Shown here: positions 37,206-49,664 of the stretch, one piece after another
Layout of the letters: each line of letters opens with the position of its first letter
Position numbering within the stretch: position 1 is the stretch's first letter
Source of the DNA: Geosiphon pyriformis uo1
Taxonomy: Eukaryota; Fungi; Glomeromycota
Direction of reading: 5' to 3'
Assembly (NCBI GenBank): GCA_016748015.1
Contig: JAAOMT010000276.1
Location: 496,001-560,000 of the forward strand
Length of the DNA: 64,000 nt
The notes under the pieces: model-generated
What the model saw: only the letters and a program-made list of their open reading frames with translations
Database searches by the model: none
What the model was told of the DNA's origin: nothing
Translations under genes and position numbers: made by a program

Positions 37206-40200
37206 TAGCAACCACACCAGACACAACAACACTAGAGTATTATCAGTTAATTTACACCCACTGCAAGCAACAATTCAACATTCCAGACGAAATTGAAGTT
37301 ATTAAGAAATCAGTATACCAATACATTAAAAACTGTATCAACAATTATCTTTTTGGAAACTACAACATTTCAAAAATCAGAAACAACCTCTACAATAATT
37401 TAGTACACTATTTACAATTGAGAACAGAAGACCTGAACAGTGAAACACTTGCTACCTATTTTCAAGAATTTAATTTTAACATTATTGAGTATTGTGAAGA
37501 AAAATACCCAGTACAATTCAAATACTCTCTTGACTTTGAATCAGAAACAGAGACAAGCAACAAAGGCAAACAAAAAGTGAAACAATACTCAAAAACCACT
37601 CCAAACACTCCAATACTACCAAAGACAACTGCCAAACACTTGCAAACACCTGAACAAGGAACCAGTGTCAAATTACCACTTTCTATTACACTATTTCCAA
37701 TTTCACTTGTTTGACCACAAACACCAAGTTCACTACTTAACCATTTTTCCAAACCAGAAGATTTTCAGTCACCTAGAAATCCTACTCAACAGCAGGAACC
37801 AATATTAACAAGTGCCAATATCATTGATTACTTACAAGAAAACGAAAGTAATCATTCAGAGAGTCTGGAAAGCAAAGAAACTGAATCAGAACAAGAAAAA
37901 ACTACAGAAAACAAAGAAGAAATAGCAACTGCTTATATTGCAAAGATTCCAGAATTTACTGGTGAGAATAATGATACCAGTCCTCAAGAATGGCTTGACA
38001 AAGTTCAAAAAGCAGGAGATGTAAATGGTTGGACTGCAGCAAGAATGCTCAAAGCAATCCCATACTTCCTCCAAGGAACTACAGAAAAATGATTTAAAAA
38101 TTTAGGAGAACTATTTGAAAACTGGCAAGCATTCAAAAATGCTTTCTTACAACAATTCACCAACAACAACACATCCATTACTCTTCATAATCACTTTTGC
38201 AATATCAAACAAGAAACATCTGAAACTGTTATGACCTATCTGAAAAGATTCAACAAACTTCTTTGATGAATTCGACAATTGGAAACCAATGAATACTATT
38301 CTGATGCCCAGATTCTGGATCAGCTTATAGCAAAATTAAAGGACAAATTAATCAAGAAAGTTCGCCCACATGTCCCAGAAAACTTAGCAACAGCCATTAG
38401 ACATGCAAAAAACTATGAAATGGCTATGGAAAAAGCAAACCACACCAAACTTGTTAACCTAGCTATTGGAGAAACCAGTTCAGCAGCTGAAGAGAAGATA
38501 GACCAACTCACAAAGAAGGTTGAAAGCTACTTCACAAACCAACAACAACAGCAACAACAACCACAAAGATATCAACCCTCACAACAATGCAATCAAAACA
38601 ATTTTGGATCACCATCCAACAACCAAACTCAAAATTGTTATTATTGTAAAATTCCAGAACATTGGAAACAGGATTGCAAAAAATTGCAAAGAGACCAACA
38701 AAATAGAAGTAATCAATATTACTTTTTATCACAACAATCTTATTACCAACCTCCACTACCAACTTATTATTCACTAAGACCACAAAATCAAAACAATTAC
38801 TATTAACCAGCTTCACAACTAATACAGCAACAATATCAGCAATCTTTACCAATTCAGCAATATCAAATACCATACATTCAACAATATCAAGTACCAGCCA
38901 AAAAATTGGTTCAACATAACCAATTCACACCCCAAAATCAATTTCAAAATAACAACAATAGAATCAACCCAAATAACCAGTTGGTTCCCCAAAATTCTGG
39001 TCAGCAAAGACCCAATCACTATCACACTCAACCCAGTTATTTTACAATGTCTGAAAAATTGGATTTTCAACAAACTGCACTTTCTAAAGATGAAGCTGCA
39101 ACACCAAAATCAAACCCTTCCAACAACAACACTATTTCACCAGCTCAAATTGCCCAAAATGCCAACCTCTCAGATATATTTTCATTCGAATTTAAAGCAA
39201 ATGAATCACCATTCTTGCTTAGTAATGCAGCAGCTAATAAACAAAAAGCTATCACTGCCATGTACACTAAAGCTACAGTAGAAGGAAAACCCATCTGATT
39301 AATTCTAGACAGTGGATCAGCTAGAAGTATTATTACCTACCAGTTAATGCAACAGCTTTAAAGAACTGTTAACAGACCAGCCCAAACTGTAATTGTTACA
39401 GCAGATGGTATAAAAAAGACACCAGTAAGAAAAATTAACAATTTCTTATTTACCATTGATAGAATCATCATTCCAATTAAAGTTTTAGTCATAGATGCAC
39501 CCCAATACCAAGCTCTGGACAGAAATAATTGGCTTTTTAAGGCCAATGCAAACTTAGACTGGGAAACTCAGAAACTAAAAATCTCATACCAAGGACAATA
39601 CACTATAGTACCTGCTACTTGTGGTACTTTCAACAAATAATCAGAAAAAGCCCCAGTATTTGAATTTGAAGAGAAGAAAAAAATGCCACTCACTAAAACC
39701 TACATGGCTCTTGGATCAACATTCAATTGGGCTGAGGAAACAGAACAAGAGATTTTTGAAGAATCAAGAAGGAAGAAAGTTAGATATTTCACACCAAAAC
39801 CACGAAAAAAACCACCATACATTTTACTAAAATGCAAAAACTGCAAAAAGAAGCTTTTATTTATGGGAGCCTGTATTTTCCCAGAAGAGAAATATGAAAC
39901 TCACACTTGCTACTTCTACAAAGCATACCATAGAGAATGATTTGGATCTCCAAAGAGAAGTGGAAAATAGGACAACACATCTTGTCTTACATGTAGAAAT
40001 ATGTTACCAGAAGAATGCAACTGGATTGATGTTGCAATAAGAGGAGGAGTATGTGATCAAACCTGTCAATATGCTCTATCAATTTCAGAAAAAGTCAGAA
40101 AAGGAATACCATTTGATGCAGCATACAACAGTGCTCTCAATAAACTTTACCACTATCCTTATAATGCTGAAATAATCTTTGATTTAGCAATGGCTTTAAT

Positions 40201-43200
40201 TAATGCAGCCACACAGGAAGATGTTCACCAAATGAAAGAAGTTGAGTACATTGAATACACAATAGAATTAGCTGGATTTAACTATAAAAATAAGGTAAAG
40301 ACATATCACCAAATTGCAAGCCACACATATCCAACACAAGAAGCTCAAATTCAACAATTAGAGCAAATGAACATTCAATTGTGTGAAAAATGCATCATGT
40401 CTTGTGATGACAAATGGTGTTCAGAATGCTATGCTCTTAGCATTCCTCTGCCCAGTGAAAATAACCAGGAAGAAATCGAATTTGGGAAACCTGAAACAAA
40501 GAAAAAAATCACAACAACACTAATCTATCTTATTAAAAACCAGTCTGCTATACAACTCAAATACTTTGACAACAATAGACAAGGAATAAAACCAGAAAAA
40601 GCCCACAAAATTGATGCAGAATATGACTTCAGATATCCTGGCAAAGACACTTTGGTTCTTCAACCAAAGTTCTTAACAAAAATCAATCTTAAAATTGTTC
40701 TTGAAATTTCATCTGGAGCAATAGTTCAAATTGCATCCAAATTATCATTGGCAAGCAAAAAAATCAACATTAGAAAAGAAATCATAGATGCAGGATATAC
40801 TGGAGACATTACCATCATGTTACAGAATAAAACAGACAAACCATTTAGGATTAAACATGCTGAGAAAATTGCCCAAGCAATTTACCTACTCTTAATCAAC
40901 ATTTCGGGTTTATAATCAGTGAAGAACAGAGAACAATTGGGAAAAAGTGAAAGAGAAACTCAAGGTTTTGGTTCAACTGGACGATTTATAGTGCCAGTAA
41001 ACATAGCTCTTAATACACAAAATGAATTCCACCAGATTCTTTAACTTCCCCAACCAATTACCATTTTATCTTTTGAAGAATATCACAAAATTTACACCTG
41101 CTCAAAACCCACCACTACCCAACAAATCTTTGAATCCAATAAACAAATCTGTTTGAAGCATGAAATCTCAATCCCAAACGTTTATATTCCTAAAGGAATG
41201 AAAAAATTTCAAGTTACATTCTACAACCCCAACAATTACCCTATTGTCTTATTAAATAAATTAGAAATTGGAATCATACATAATAACATTTTCCAAGATG
41301 AAAACCCTCAAATTGTCTCTAATTTTATCGAAATTATAAGACATATTCTACTTCCAAATCCAAACATCATTCTTATTGCTAAAAACTACCACCTTTTAGA
41401 AAAAAAACTCTCTTGAATCAACATGGGTCTCTAGAACCTTAACAACAAAGACAATTGAAACAGCTAATAGCTGAATTTGCAGATATTTTTGCAAAGGACA
41501 ACAATGACCTTGGAAAAACTAATATTGTTCAACATTAGATTCATACAGGAGATGCTTTACCAAAAAGACAACAAGCTTATTGAATGCCATCTGCCAGCCA
41601 CCAATTCATCAGAGAAGAAATCCAAAGAATGCTCAATAACAGATTGATTCAACCATCAAGAAATCCTTGGGTCTCACCAATAGTTTTTGTTAAAAAAAAA
41701 CGGAAAAATCAGATTTTGTGTTGACTATTGACAATTGAATAGTGTTACAATTAGAGATGTCTACTCTCTTCTAAGAATTGATGACATATTAGATGCTTTA
41801 GGAAAAACCAAGTTCTTCTTAACTTTAGACTTGAAAAGTGGATACTGACAAGTCGAAATGAACCCAAAAGATCGACCCAAAACAGCATTTACCACTCAAG
41901 AAGGAAACTATGAGTTCAATGTTATGTCTTTTGGACTCTATAATGCACCAACAACATTCCAATGACTCATGGATGTTGTATATAAAGGACTCTTGTGACA
42001 ATTAGTAGTTGTCTATTTTGATGATACTAATGTGTACTCCTCAAGCTTTGAAGCTCATTTCATTCATTTGTGAGAAGTTTTTCAATGATTACGGAAAGCA
42101 GGATTAAAGTTGAACATTGAGAAATATCACTTTGGAAAAACAAGCTTAATTTTTCTTGGACACATAGTTAGCAAAAATGGAGTCAAACCAAATTCTGGAA
42201 CAATCAGTGCTGTAAAAAACTTTCAAACTTCCAAAAATACCACAGAGTTACAAAAATTTGTAGGATTAGTCTCCTACTATCAGAAATTCATCAAAGAATT
42301 CTCAGAAATTGCCAAACCACTTAATTATCTCACCAACAAAAATGTGCCATACAGATGGATAGAAAAACAACAAAAAGCTTTTGAAACCCTCAAAACAAGA
42401 TTAACAACAGCCCCAGTTCTTGTTTATCCAGACTTCAACAAACAGTTCTAACTAGCCATTAATGCTTCACATATAGCTTTTGGTGCCATCTTATCACAAT
42501 TGGATGAAAATGGCCAGGAATAAGTTATTGCCTACACTAGTAGAACACTCAAGCCAACAGAACTCAAATATGGCTCAACTGAATTAAAAGCTGCCACAGT
42601 CATTTGGGCTCTCAAACACTTTCAACAATATCTGAAAAATGGAAAAGAATTTGACATCATAATTAACAATATTGGTCTCAAATGGCTTAACAAAAAGAAA
42701 ACTAAACAAAGTGCCAAACAGTCTCGATAGAATAACTTCTTAGCAGACTACAAATATATTGTACACCATAAACCAGGAAAACTACACACCAATGTTGATA
42801 GCCTTTTAAAAATGAGACAAAATTAATATTAACAACAAAACCCACCACAATTTACCAATCTACTAACACAATAACTAAACAACAATAGATCCTAGAAATT
42901 ACAACAATATTAAAAACTATTTGGAGACTCTTACTATGCCAGAAAATTAGTCTCCAAGTGAAAAACATCAATTACAACACCAATTCAAACAATATTTCAT
43001 ACATCATAACAAAATTTATTACAAAAATTGCAGAAATCCAAACCAATCACTCAGATTAGTACAAGAGAATGAAAAAGAAACAATCTTATACAAAATGTAC
43101 ACAGATTTTTTTTCAGCACACTTAGAAAGAGATGGAACAATACAAAGAACTCTTGAACATTACTTTTGGTCTCAAATGTAAAAAGACATTCAACAATATA

Positions 43201-44257
43201 TAGAATCTTGTAATAGTTGTCAAAACTCACACCACAGAACCTTTAAATTCAATCAAAGTTGGACAACCTTTTGACAGAGTTGGAATTGATTTAATTGGAC
43301 CATTACCTATTACAACTCAAGGAAAGCATTATATTGCAGTTGCAGTAGATTACCTTACCAAATGGCCTAAAGCTAGAGCTATCCAAAAAGCAGATGCAAA
43401 ATCAGTAGCAAATTTCATCTATAAAAACATTATTTGTAGACATAGATGTCCAATTGAACTTTTATCTGATCAAGGAACACATTTTGTGAATAACTTAATA
43501 CAAGAAATTTGTAAACAATTCAATGTCAAAAAACCTCTATTATCATCTTATTCCCTTTAAACAAATGGACTTGTAGAATGTTTCAATAAAACATTGTGTG
43601 AATCTCTAGCCAAAGTCTCAACAAACTTTGAACAGAAATGAGATATCTTTATTCCATCAGTATTACTAGCATACAGAACACTAAAACAAAACACTACAAA
43701 ACACACATCATTTGATTTAACTTATGGAAGGACAGCAATATTACCAATTAATTTCACAGTGGAAACATACCCTGTGCGACCAATTAATGAAGAAAACTTT
43801 CAAGAAACACTCTAAAGAAGGGCCTACACTCTTTTTAGTATACTGAAAAGAAAAAAAAAATAGCAGCAACTCATATTGAACATTCCTAAGCTCAACAAAA
43901 AGAAAAACATGACAACAAATTACCACCCATAACCAATGAATTTAAAGTTGGAAATAAAGTTCTCTTACACAGAACTAAGGCTGAAAAACAATGGAGTGAG
44001 AAATTTGAAAACAAATAGGATGGACCATTTTATATTCACGAAATTCTAGACAATGAATTATACAAGTTAAGACTTGATGACAAAGTATTAGTAAAGTTGC
44101 ATATGGAAATAGATTGAAACACTATCATTCCAGAAACAATCCTGAATTATTAATTCCACAAATTGGTACACATTCTTCTTTAATTAATCCTGAAGATATT
44201 CCCCAAAATTTAGAACCAATAGTTATAATAAAACAACAACCAAACTTGAACACTTAA
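37206..44257 (+). pseudogene. gag-pol relic of element B: N-terminal extension-Gag-CCHC-PR-Cys-rich-dUTPase-RT-RNase H-IN(GPF)
   Basis: IPEFTGE..SPQEWL (capsid), CYYCKIPEHWKQDC, LILDSGSA, VYFDD (~42011-42025), FGAILSQ, RVGIDLIGPLP, LSDQGTHF, NGLVE.FN and DGPFYI. Numerous nonsense codons. Confidence 0.93.
40550..40983 (+). pseudogene. dut: Trimeric dUTPase domain within the B polyprotein
   Basis: All five motifs in order: DAEYDF (AGYDL), SKLSLA (RSSLA), IIDAGYTGDI, EKIAQ and RETQGFGSTG; one internal stop at 40913-40915. Confidence 0.92.
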
Positions 44258-44413
44258 TTTAATATTTATAATAATCCTTTGAAAAATATAGACAAAATAT
44301 AAAACAAAAATAGTAAATAATCACAAGAAACATTCAAACCCAAAAACAAATAAAAACCCTATACCCAAAAATAATTTTCTTTATTTTTTTCTTTATTAGT
44401 TAGTCATTTTATT

Positions 44414-45124
44414 ATGATTATTCCTCGAAATATTCAATAAATATCCCAAAAATTAATGTTAGTCTTGAAAACACTTCCTGACTTATCCATAACAATTAAT
44501 GGAAGTCAAATTAATTACATTCAGAAAAAAACCACAGCCCCAGTAGTAAATAATTCTCAGAATTATCACCTCTATAGAAGAAAAAAAACAAAAATTTACT
44601 TTAGAAATCAATTACCAGAACTTTTAAAGCAAGCACTAAAAGAAAATCTTTTAATTGCCCTTATTGACATTCTACCAAATGCCACATTGCAACAAAAACT
44701 TCTACTATTCCTCAATAAACAGAACAATGAATATACCCCTATATATAGATATTTTCATATTGGAAAAACACTTTATGAACGAAAACTAGAACTTGAAGCA
44801 ATCAACATTACTCTTGAGACTGTACAAAAACAAATTTACAATGAATTTAAGACAGCAGCTGGATTAACAAACACTTACTACAAACTTAGGGCAGCTTTTA
44901 GACTCTATGATTTGTTTAACACTTGTGAAAATGTTCTACAAAATTCAATACTGCAACCAATGAAAGTTCAATACATTGGCAAACTCACAGAACTGAAATT
45001 TCAACAATTTTCAGACCAAATCACTTCAATTATTCTGGACTATTATCTTGACATCACAAATAGTGCTAGGACTTTGATGGAACTCAGTTTTGAGGAGGAG
45101 ATTATGTTACCAGTGGAATTTTAG
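44414..45124 (+). CDS. Accessory ORF3 of element B (unknown helical protein), ends inside the 3' LTR
   Basis: 222-codon open frame from 44456, plus an in-frame upstream ATG at 44414 separated by one TAA. Lies between integrase and LTR and reads through the PPT (ELSFEEEIMLPVEF*). Confidence 0.7.
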
Positions 45125-48100
45125 CTATTAATTAGCATGAAATTATCTTCATAATTCTTATTATTAAGTAGCATATTATTATTATTTCGATTATCACTTA
45201 TTAATTAGCCAAATTATCAAATATTATTACTCAATCAATAATCCAATTTGTACTATAAAAATTAAGATGATCAAATTACACAATACCCTGAACCATTTAA
45301 TATAGTCAAAATTTGTCAAAATTAATGGAAAAATTGCCAAAATAATCAATAATTCGTAGAAATAACTTGTAGTTTGCCAAAATGTATCTTTAGTTCACCC
45401 AAATTGTAGAAAAGAGAAAAGTGCAAGTTCAAAGACTAGTACTACAACAAGTTGTATAAAAGAAGAGCTTTTCTCTTCAAGAAAATATATCCTTCTCATA
45501 TCTTTTTATAATATCTTAACATAGTATCTCATTTTAGATATCTTAATTAAAAAACAAATTTCCTTTTACATATTTAAATAAAAAATTAAATATTCGAAAA
45601 CCAAATCCTTTGATTATTGCACTTAAAATTCTCTCAACACAACTAACGTTTTTGAAATTGATTAGCTACCAATTTCAGTAATCTGTTAGTGACTTCAGGC
45701 CTGGATAGAAAACGTTTCTCTTGATAAAATTCTATTTCTTTTATATTTCTTTTATTTTTCTTTTATTTTCTTATTATAATCATTAGGGTAGCCTACAGAC
45801 AAGATTTCTGTAGAAGAGTTGACTTTTACAGCAAAGTAACTACACATTTTTAGTAAGCTTTCAGATGAGCAATTCTTGGAAAAAAGTTGACGTTTATTAC
45901 AATGTAACTACATAAAGTAACTGGCAAGAAATTGGCCATTCCATGTATAAGCCCAGCAGTTCAAATTATAGGAGATAATTTAAATATAAATTCAGTTACT
46001 GGAGGTCCAACTACTTCCTGAGAACATAAATTCACAGCAAATCAGCATTAACAACATTCAAGAAAAGAGACCAAAAACCTCTGGTAACAATGTGATAACT
46101 AATAAAAAGTGTGAGTTTTAATCATAACATCATTATCTCCAAAGAAATTGAACTTTGGTGAAATCAAGCTATTCATAAGATAATCTAATTGAAAAGTCTT
46201 GTCTAATTTAAAGCTAACTAGTTTGTTGAAGTCTCTTATAGATAAGGTATATAATATTTGAGGTAAAATGAGTTTTGTATCTAAGAGACCAAATCTTTGT
46301 ATTAGAGTTTTGGCTTTTTTAGCAATAGTTAAAACTCTTAGAACATCTAATCATATAATGCCCAAAATTTTTGTTTGTATCTTTGAAATTGTTTTCTTCA
46401 TTAATTTCATGTCTTCTATGATTTTACCAAAGTAACCATAGAGTTTTAATTGCCTTTCATATAACAAGTTTTTGTCTATGAGCAAGATTTTTTGAATTGT
46501 TTTTCCAATTGTACTGAAAAATAGAAGTATAGCTGCTATTATACTTTTCAACAGATATTTATCTATTTTGCTACCAGTTCTTTCTCTTCTAGTAATAGTT
46601 TTCTTTGGTTTAATAACAGTATGTGTTCTATTGTTATTAATTATTGTGATCTGTTTTTTAATAGTCAGAGTAGTATTTGAATAGTTTTTGATCTAATACT
46701 TATGAAGAATATAGAAAGCATTTTAAATGTTTTAATCCAGAAAATAATTATTTATGTCAATTGAAAATACCTCTGTTTTGAAAATGATGCATTTATTTAT
46801 ACTTGATTTTTGCTAATCATTTGAGTTAATATTACTACAACAGGCAACTAATTAAGTCGTTTATAATATTTCTTGAATTGTGTATTATAAACAAAACAAT
46901 TATTAAAGATTGTTCTGAATTGATCTTAAAAAATATAAGAATCATTGTTCAAAACTTTGTTGATTATAAAGGGTCTTTTTTATCAGCTAAAAAATTTATT
47001 ACCATAAACATTGTTTCTGTCTAAACAGTATTCCAATATTAAGTCACCAACACTTAAAGAAAGTATTTTATAAGTTTTTTTTTTCTTAAGCTTTTCTTGA
47101 AACTGTTTTATTTTTTCAAAGACAATTATTTGTGCTTCTACCAAGGAGTTAAGAATGGTACCAAGTTTTTTTTTGCAAGATGTCTTTATAATTCTCTATT
47201 GTGATTTTTTCAAAGAATATTGTTTCAATGTTAATTTTTATTGGTAGTGTTGTCATGCATTTATAGAGCAGATAAAAAAATTCATAACTTGTTATGTTAT
47301 GATTCACAGTTCTATAAACAAACAAAGCTAAAGACAGTACTTTGTTCTATAAATTTGTTTTTTTACTGGTTTTGGCTAAGATTTCACATAATGTTCTATT
47401 GAAATATTCTATTAGATCATTTGTTTGAAAATGATAAAAGAAAGAAAGTTTATAACATATTTCCATTTTTTTGCAAAGTTCTTTAACCAGTATGCTGAGA
47501 AAAGCTTTTCTTCTATCAAATAAAAGTTCTTTGGAACAGTTATGACAGCAGATAATATCTTCATAAATGAAATTGGCAATTAATACTACTGTTTGGTCTA
47601 AAGTGGCTTTTGCTTTTACCCACTTTGTAAGATAGTCAATAGCTATAATAGTATATCTGTTGTTATTAGAAGTTATTGTTAAGAGTTCAACAATATTTAT
47701 ATTAATTCTGTCAAATGGTTAACCAACAGAGATTGGATAGATATCTCCTTGTAATTGGGTTTTCCTTTTTTTTGGCAGGTATTACAGGTTTTGATGTACT
47801 TGACAATGTCTTTTCCCAAAGTAGACTAATAATAGTAAGCTAAGATTTTCTGAATTGTTTTTGTTTTTCTAAAGTGTCTAGCTAATAGATTAGTATGCAT
47901 GTTGTAGATCACAATTTCTCTTTCTTCAAATCTAATAACTCTCTAGAAATAGTCAGAATCTTTTTTATTTCTTTTATATAGTTGGTTCTAGTAAATCAAA
48001 TAGAAATTTGATTGTTTGCACAAATGTTTTTTTGCTATCAAGTATATTTTGGTGAGTATTGTCTTTTATCCAAAAATTTTATTAAGGCAGAATAGTTGTC

Positions 48101-48836
48101 TAAGTCCATTATTGTGTTTGTTTATAAGGGTATTACTAATAATTAAATTGGTTTGGTTGAGAGGTTGTACTATTACTAGATAGCAAGTTTAGAGAAAGTG
48201 TTGGCATTTTGATGATTTGCTCCTTTGTGGTGTTGAATATCATAGTCAAATTCATTCAAATAGAGTATTCAGTAAGTTATCTGTTTATGTTCTAGTTTTT
48301 TTTTGTTATACAGTCAAACCAAGGCTTAATAATCAGTTACCACTAGAAATTTCACACCAAAAAGATATTGGTCTCAGTAACTAGTAGTCCAAACTACTGT
48401 CAAACATTCTTGTTTAGTAATTGAATAGTTTTTTTCTGCTGATATAAGAGTTCTACTAACATATGCTATAGTATATTCTCTATTATCTTCATCTTTTTGT
48501 GAAAAAACAGCACCAAGTTTATAGCCAGATACATTAATATGCAGGATAAAAGATTGGTTCAGATTAGGTTGTTTAAAAATTGCTTCAATGACAAGTTTTT
48601 CCTTCAGAATTTCAAAAACTTTTTGTTGATAAGTGTCTCAGTAATAATTGACATTTTTTCTGAGTAGTTGATTAAAAAAAAAAACAATTTTGGAGAAATT
48701 TTTGATAAATTTGCAATAGTAAAAAGCCAAACCAAAAAAAAAACATAATTCAGAAACATTCATTGGTTGTCTAATGTTCTGAACTTTTTAAACTTTAGCT
48801 GGATCAGAAAAAATTCCATCTTTTGTTATAAAATAA

Positions 48837-49664
48837 TGTTATTCATAGAAAAAACATACAAAAAAATAGTAGAAAAAACAGATAGACCAATAAAAAAATA
48901 GTAGTTAACACATAAGCACATTGCTCAACAATATGGAGCATTGTTAGAAAATTATGACATATTGCTTAGCAATGTGAAGCAATATTAGAAAATTAGGACA
49001 CATTGTTCAGCAATGTGAGCATTGTTCAAGAAAGCATAGCACATTGTTCAGGAATGTAAGCAATCTTATAAAACTTAAATTATGTATATATAATAAGAAT
49101 GTTAAAAACAGAAAAGACAGAATTCCCAGTTAGAATTATCAATATTAATAAATAATTATTTACCATCTAAATTACCCTCCAAACTATTAACACTTTATGT
49201 TGATAGTATTTAATACTTGATTATACTAGAACAATAGCTCTTAATTACAGCTATTAATGGAATACTAACTCTTTCTTGCCTTGGCTTATTTTTTTCTTTT
49301 ATTTTTTTTCTTTTATTTTATTTTTTTATTGTTGTATACTAATTGATTAAAAATTAAGCATTGAGTTATTAACATCAAAGATAGCCTGGTAAAAGACCTG
49401 TAAAACAAGGATAGAACATTCGAAAATTAAAGATAGTTTACCAGAAGGACATGACTGCCAGAATAATCTAACCACCACACTGAAGAAAAAAATTTAATGG
49501 AATTGTAATTCCAGAAAGCTATAAATAAAAACAACACTTGAATCTCTGTCTATTATACAAAAAACTCAACCAAAACCTTCAGATATTACCAATGAAATTA
49601 GCTATTAAGCACCAAGTTATGAATTTGTTATTTGATTTAAGACCCCAAATAATCATCTGTAACA
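48837..49664 (+). mobile_element. Solo LTR (C group) inserted in the RT region of A4
   Basis: TGTTAT...GTAACA termini; ATAA/ATGA 4-bp TSD; RT sequence (taagATGAccaag in A2) resumes on both sides. Confidence 0.92.

Larger units (their letters stand above)
36185..46089 (+). mobile_element. Full-length Ty3/Gypsy LTR retrotransposon, family B (~9.9 kb), dUTPase-bearing
   Basis: LTRs 36185-37158 and 45105-46089 (~94% identical by manual count); ATGT TSD at 36181-36184 and 46090-46093; TGG PBS at 37161; PPT GAGGAGGAG at ~45092-45100. Confidence 0.96.

Noticed and set aside
37160-44257. Alternative genetic code (TGA=Trp; Mollicutes endosymbiont or mitochondrial DNA)
   Set aside because: Stops include TAA, TAG and TGA at former CAA/TGG/CGA codons, plus frameshifts, and differ between copies; spliceosomal introns and LTR elements show nuclear DNA.
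44100-44260. Chromodomain at the integrase C-terminus
   Set aside because: No aromatic-cage (Y.VKW.GY) motif after the GPF module in B or A.
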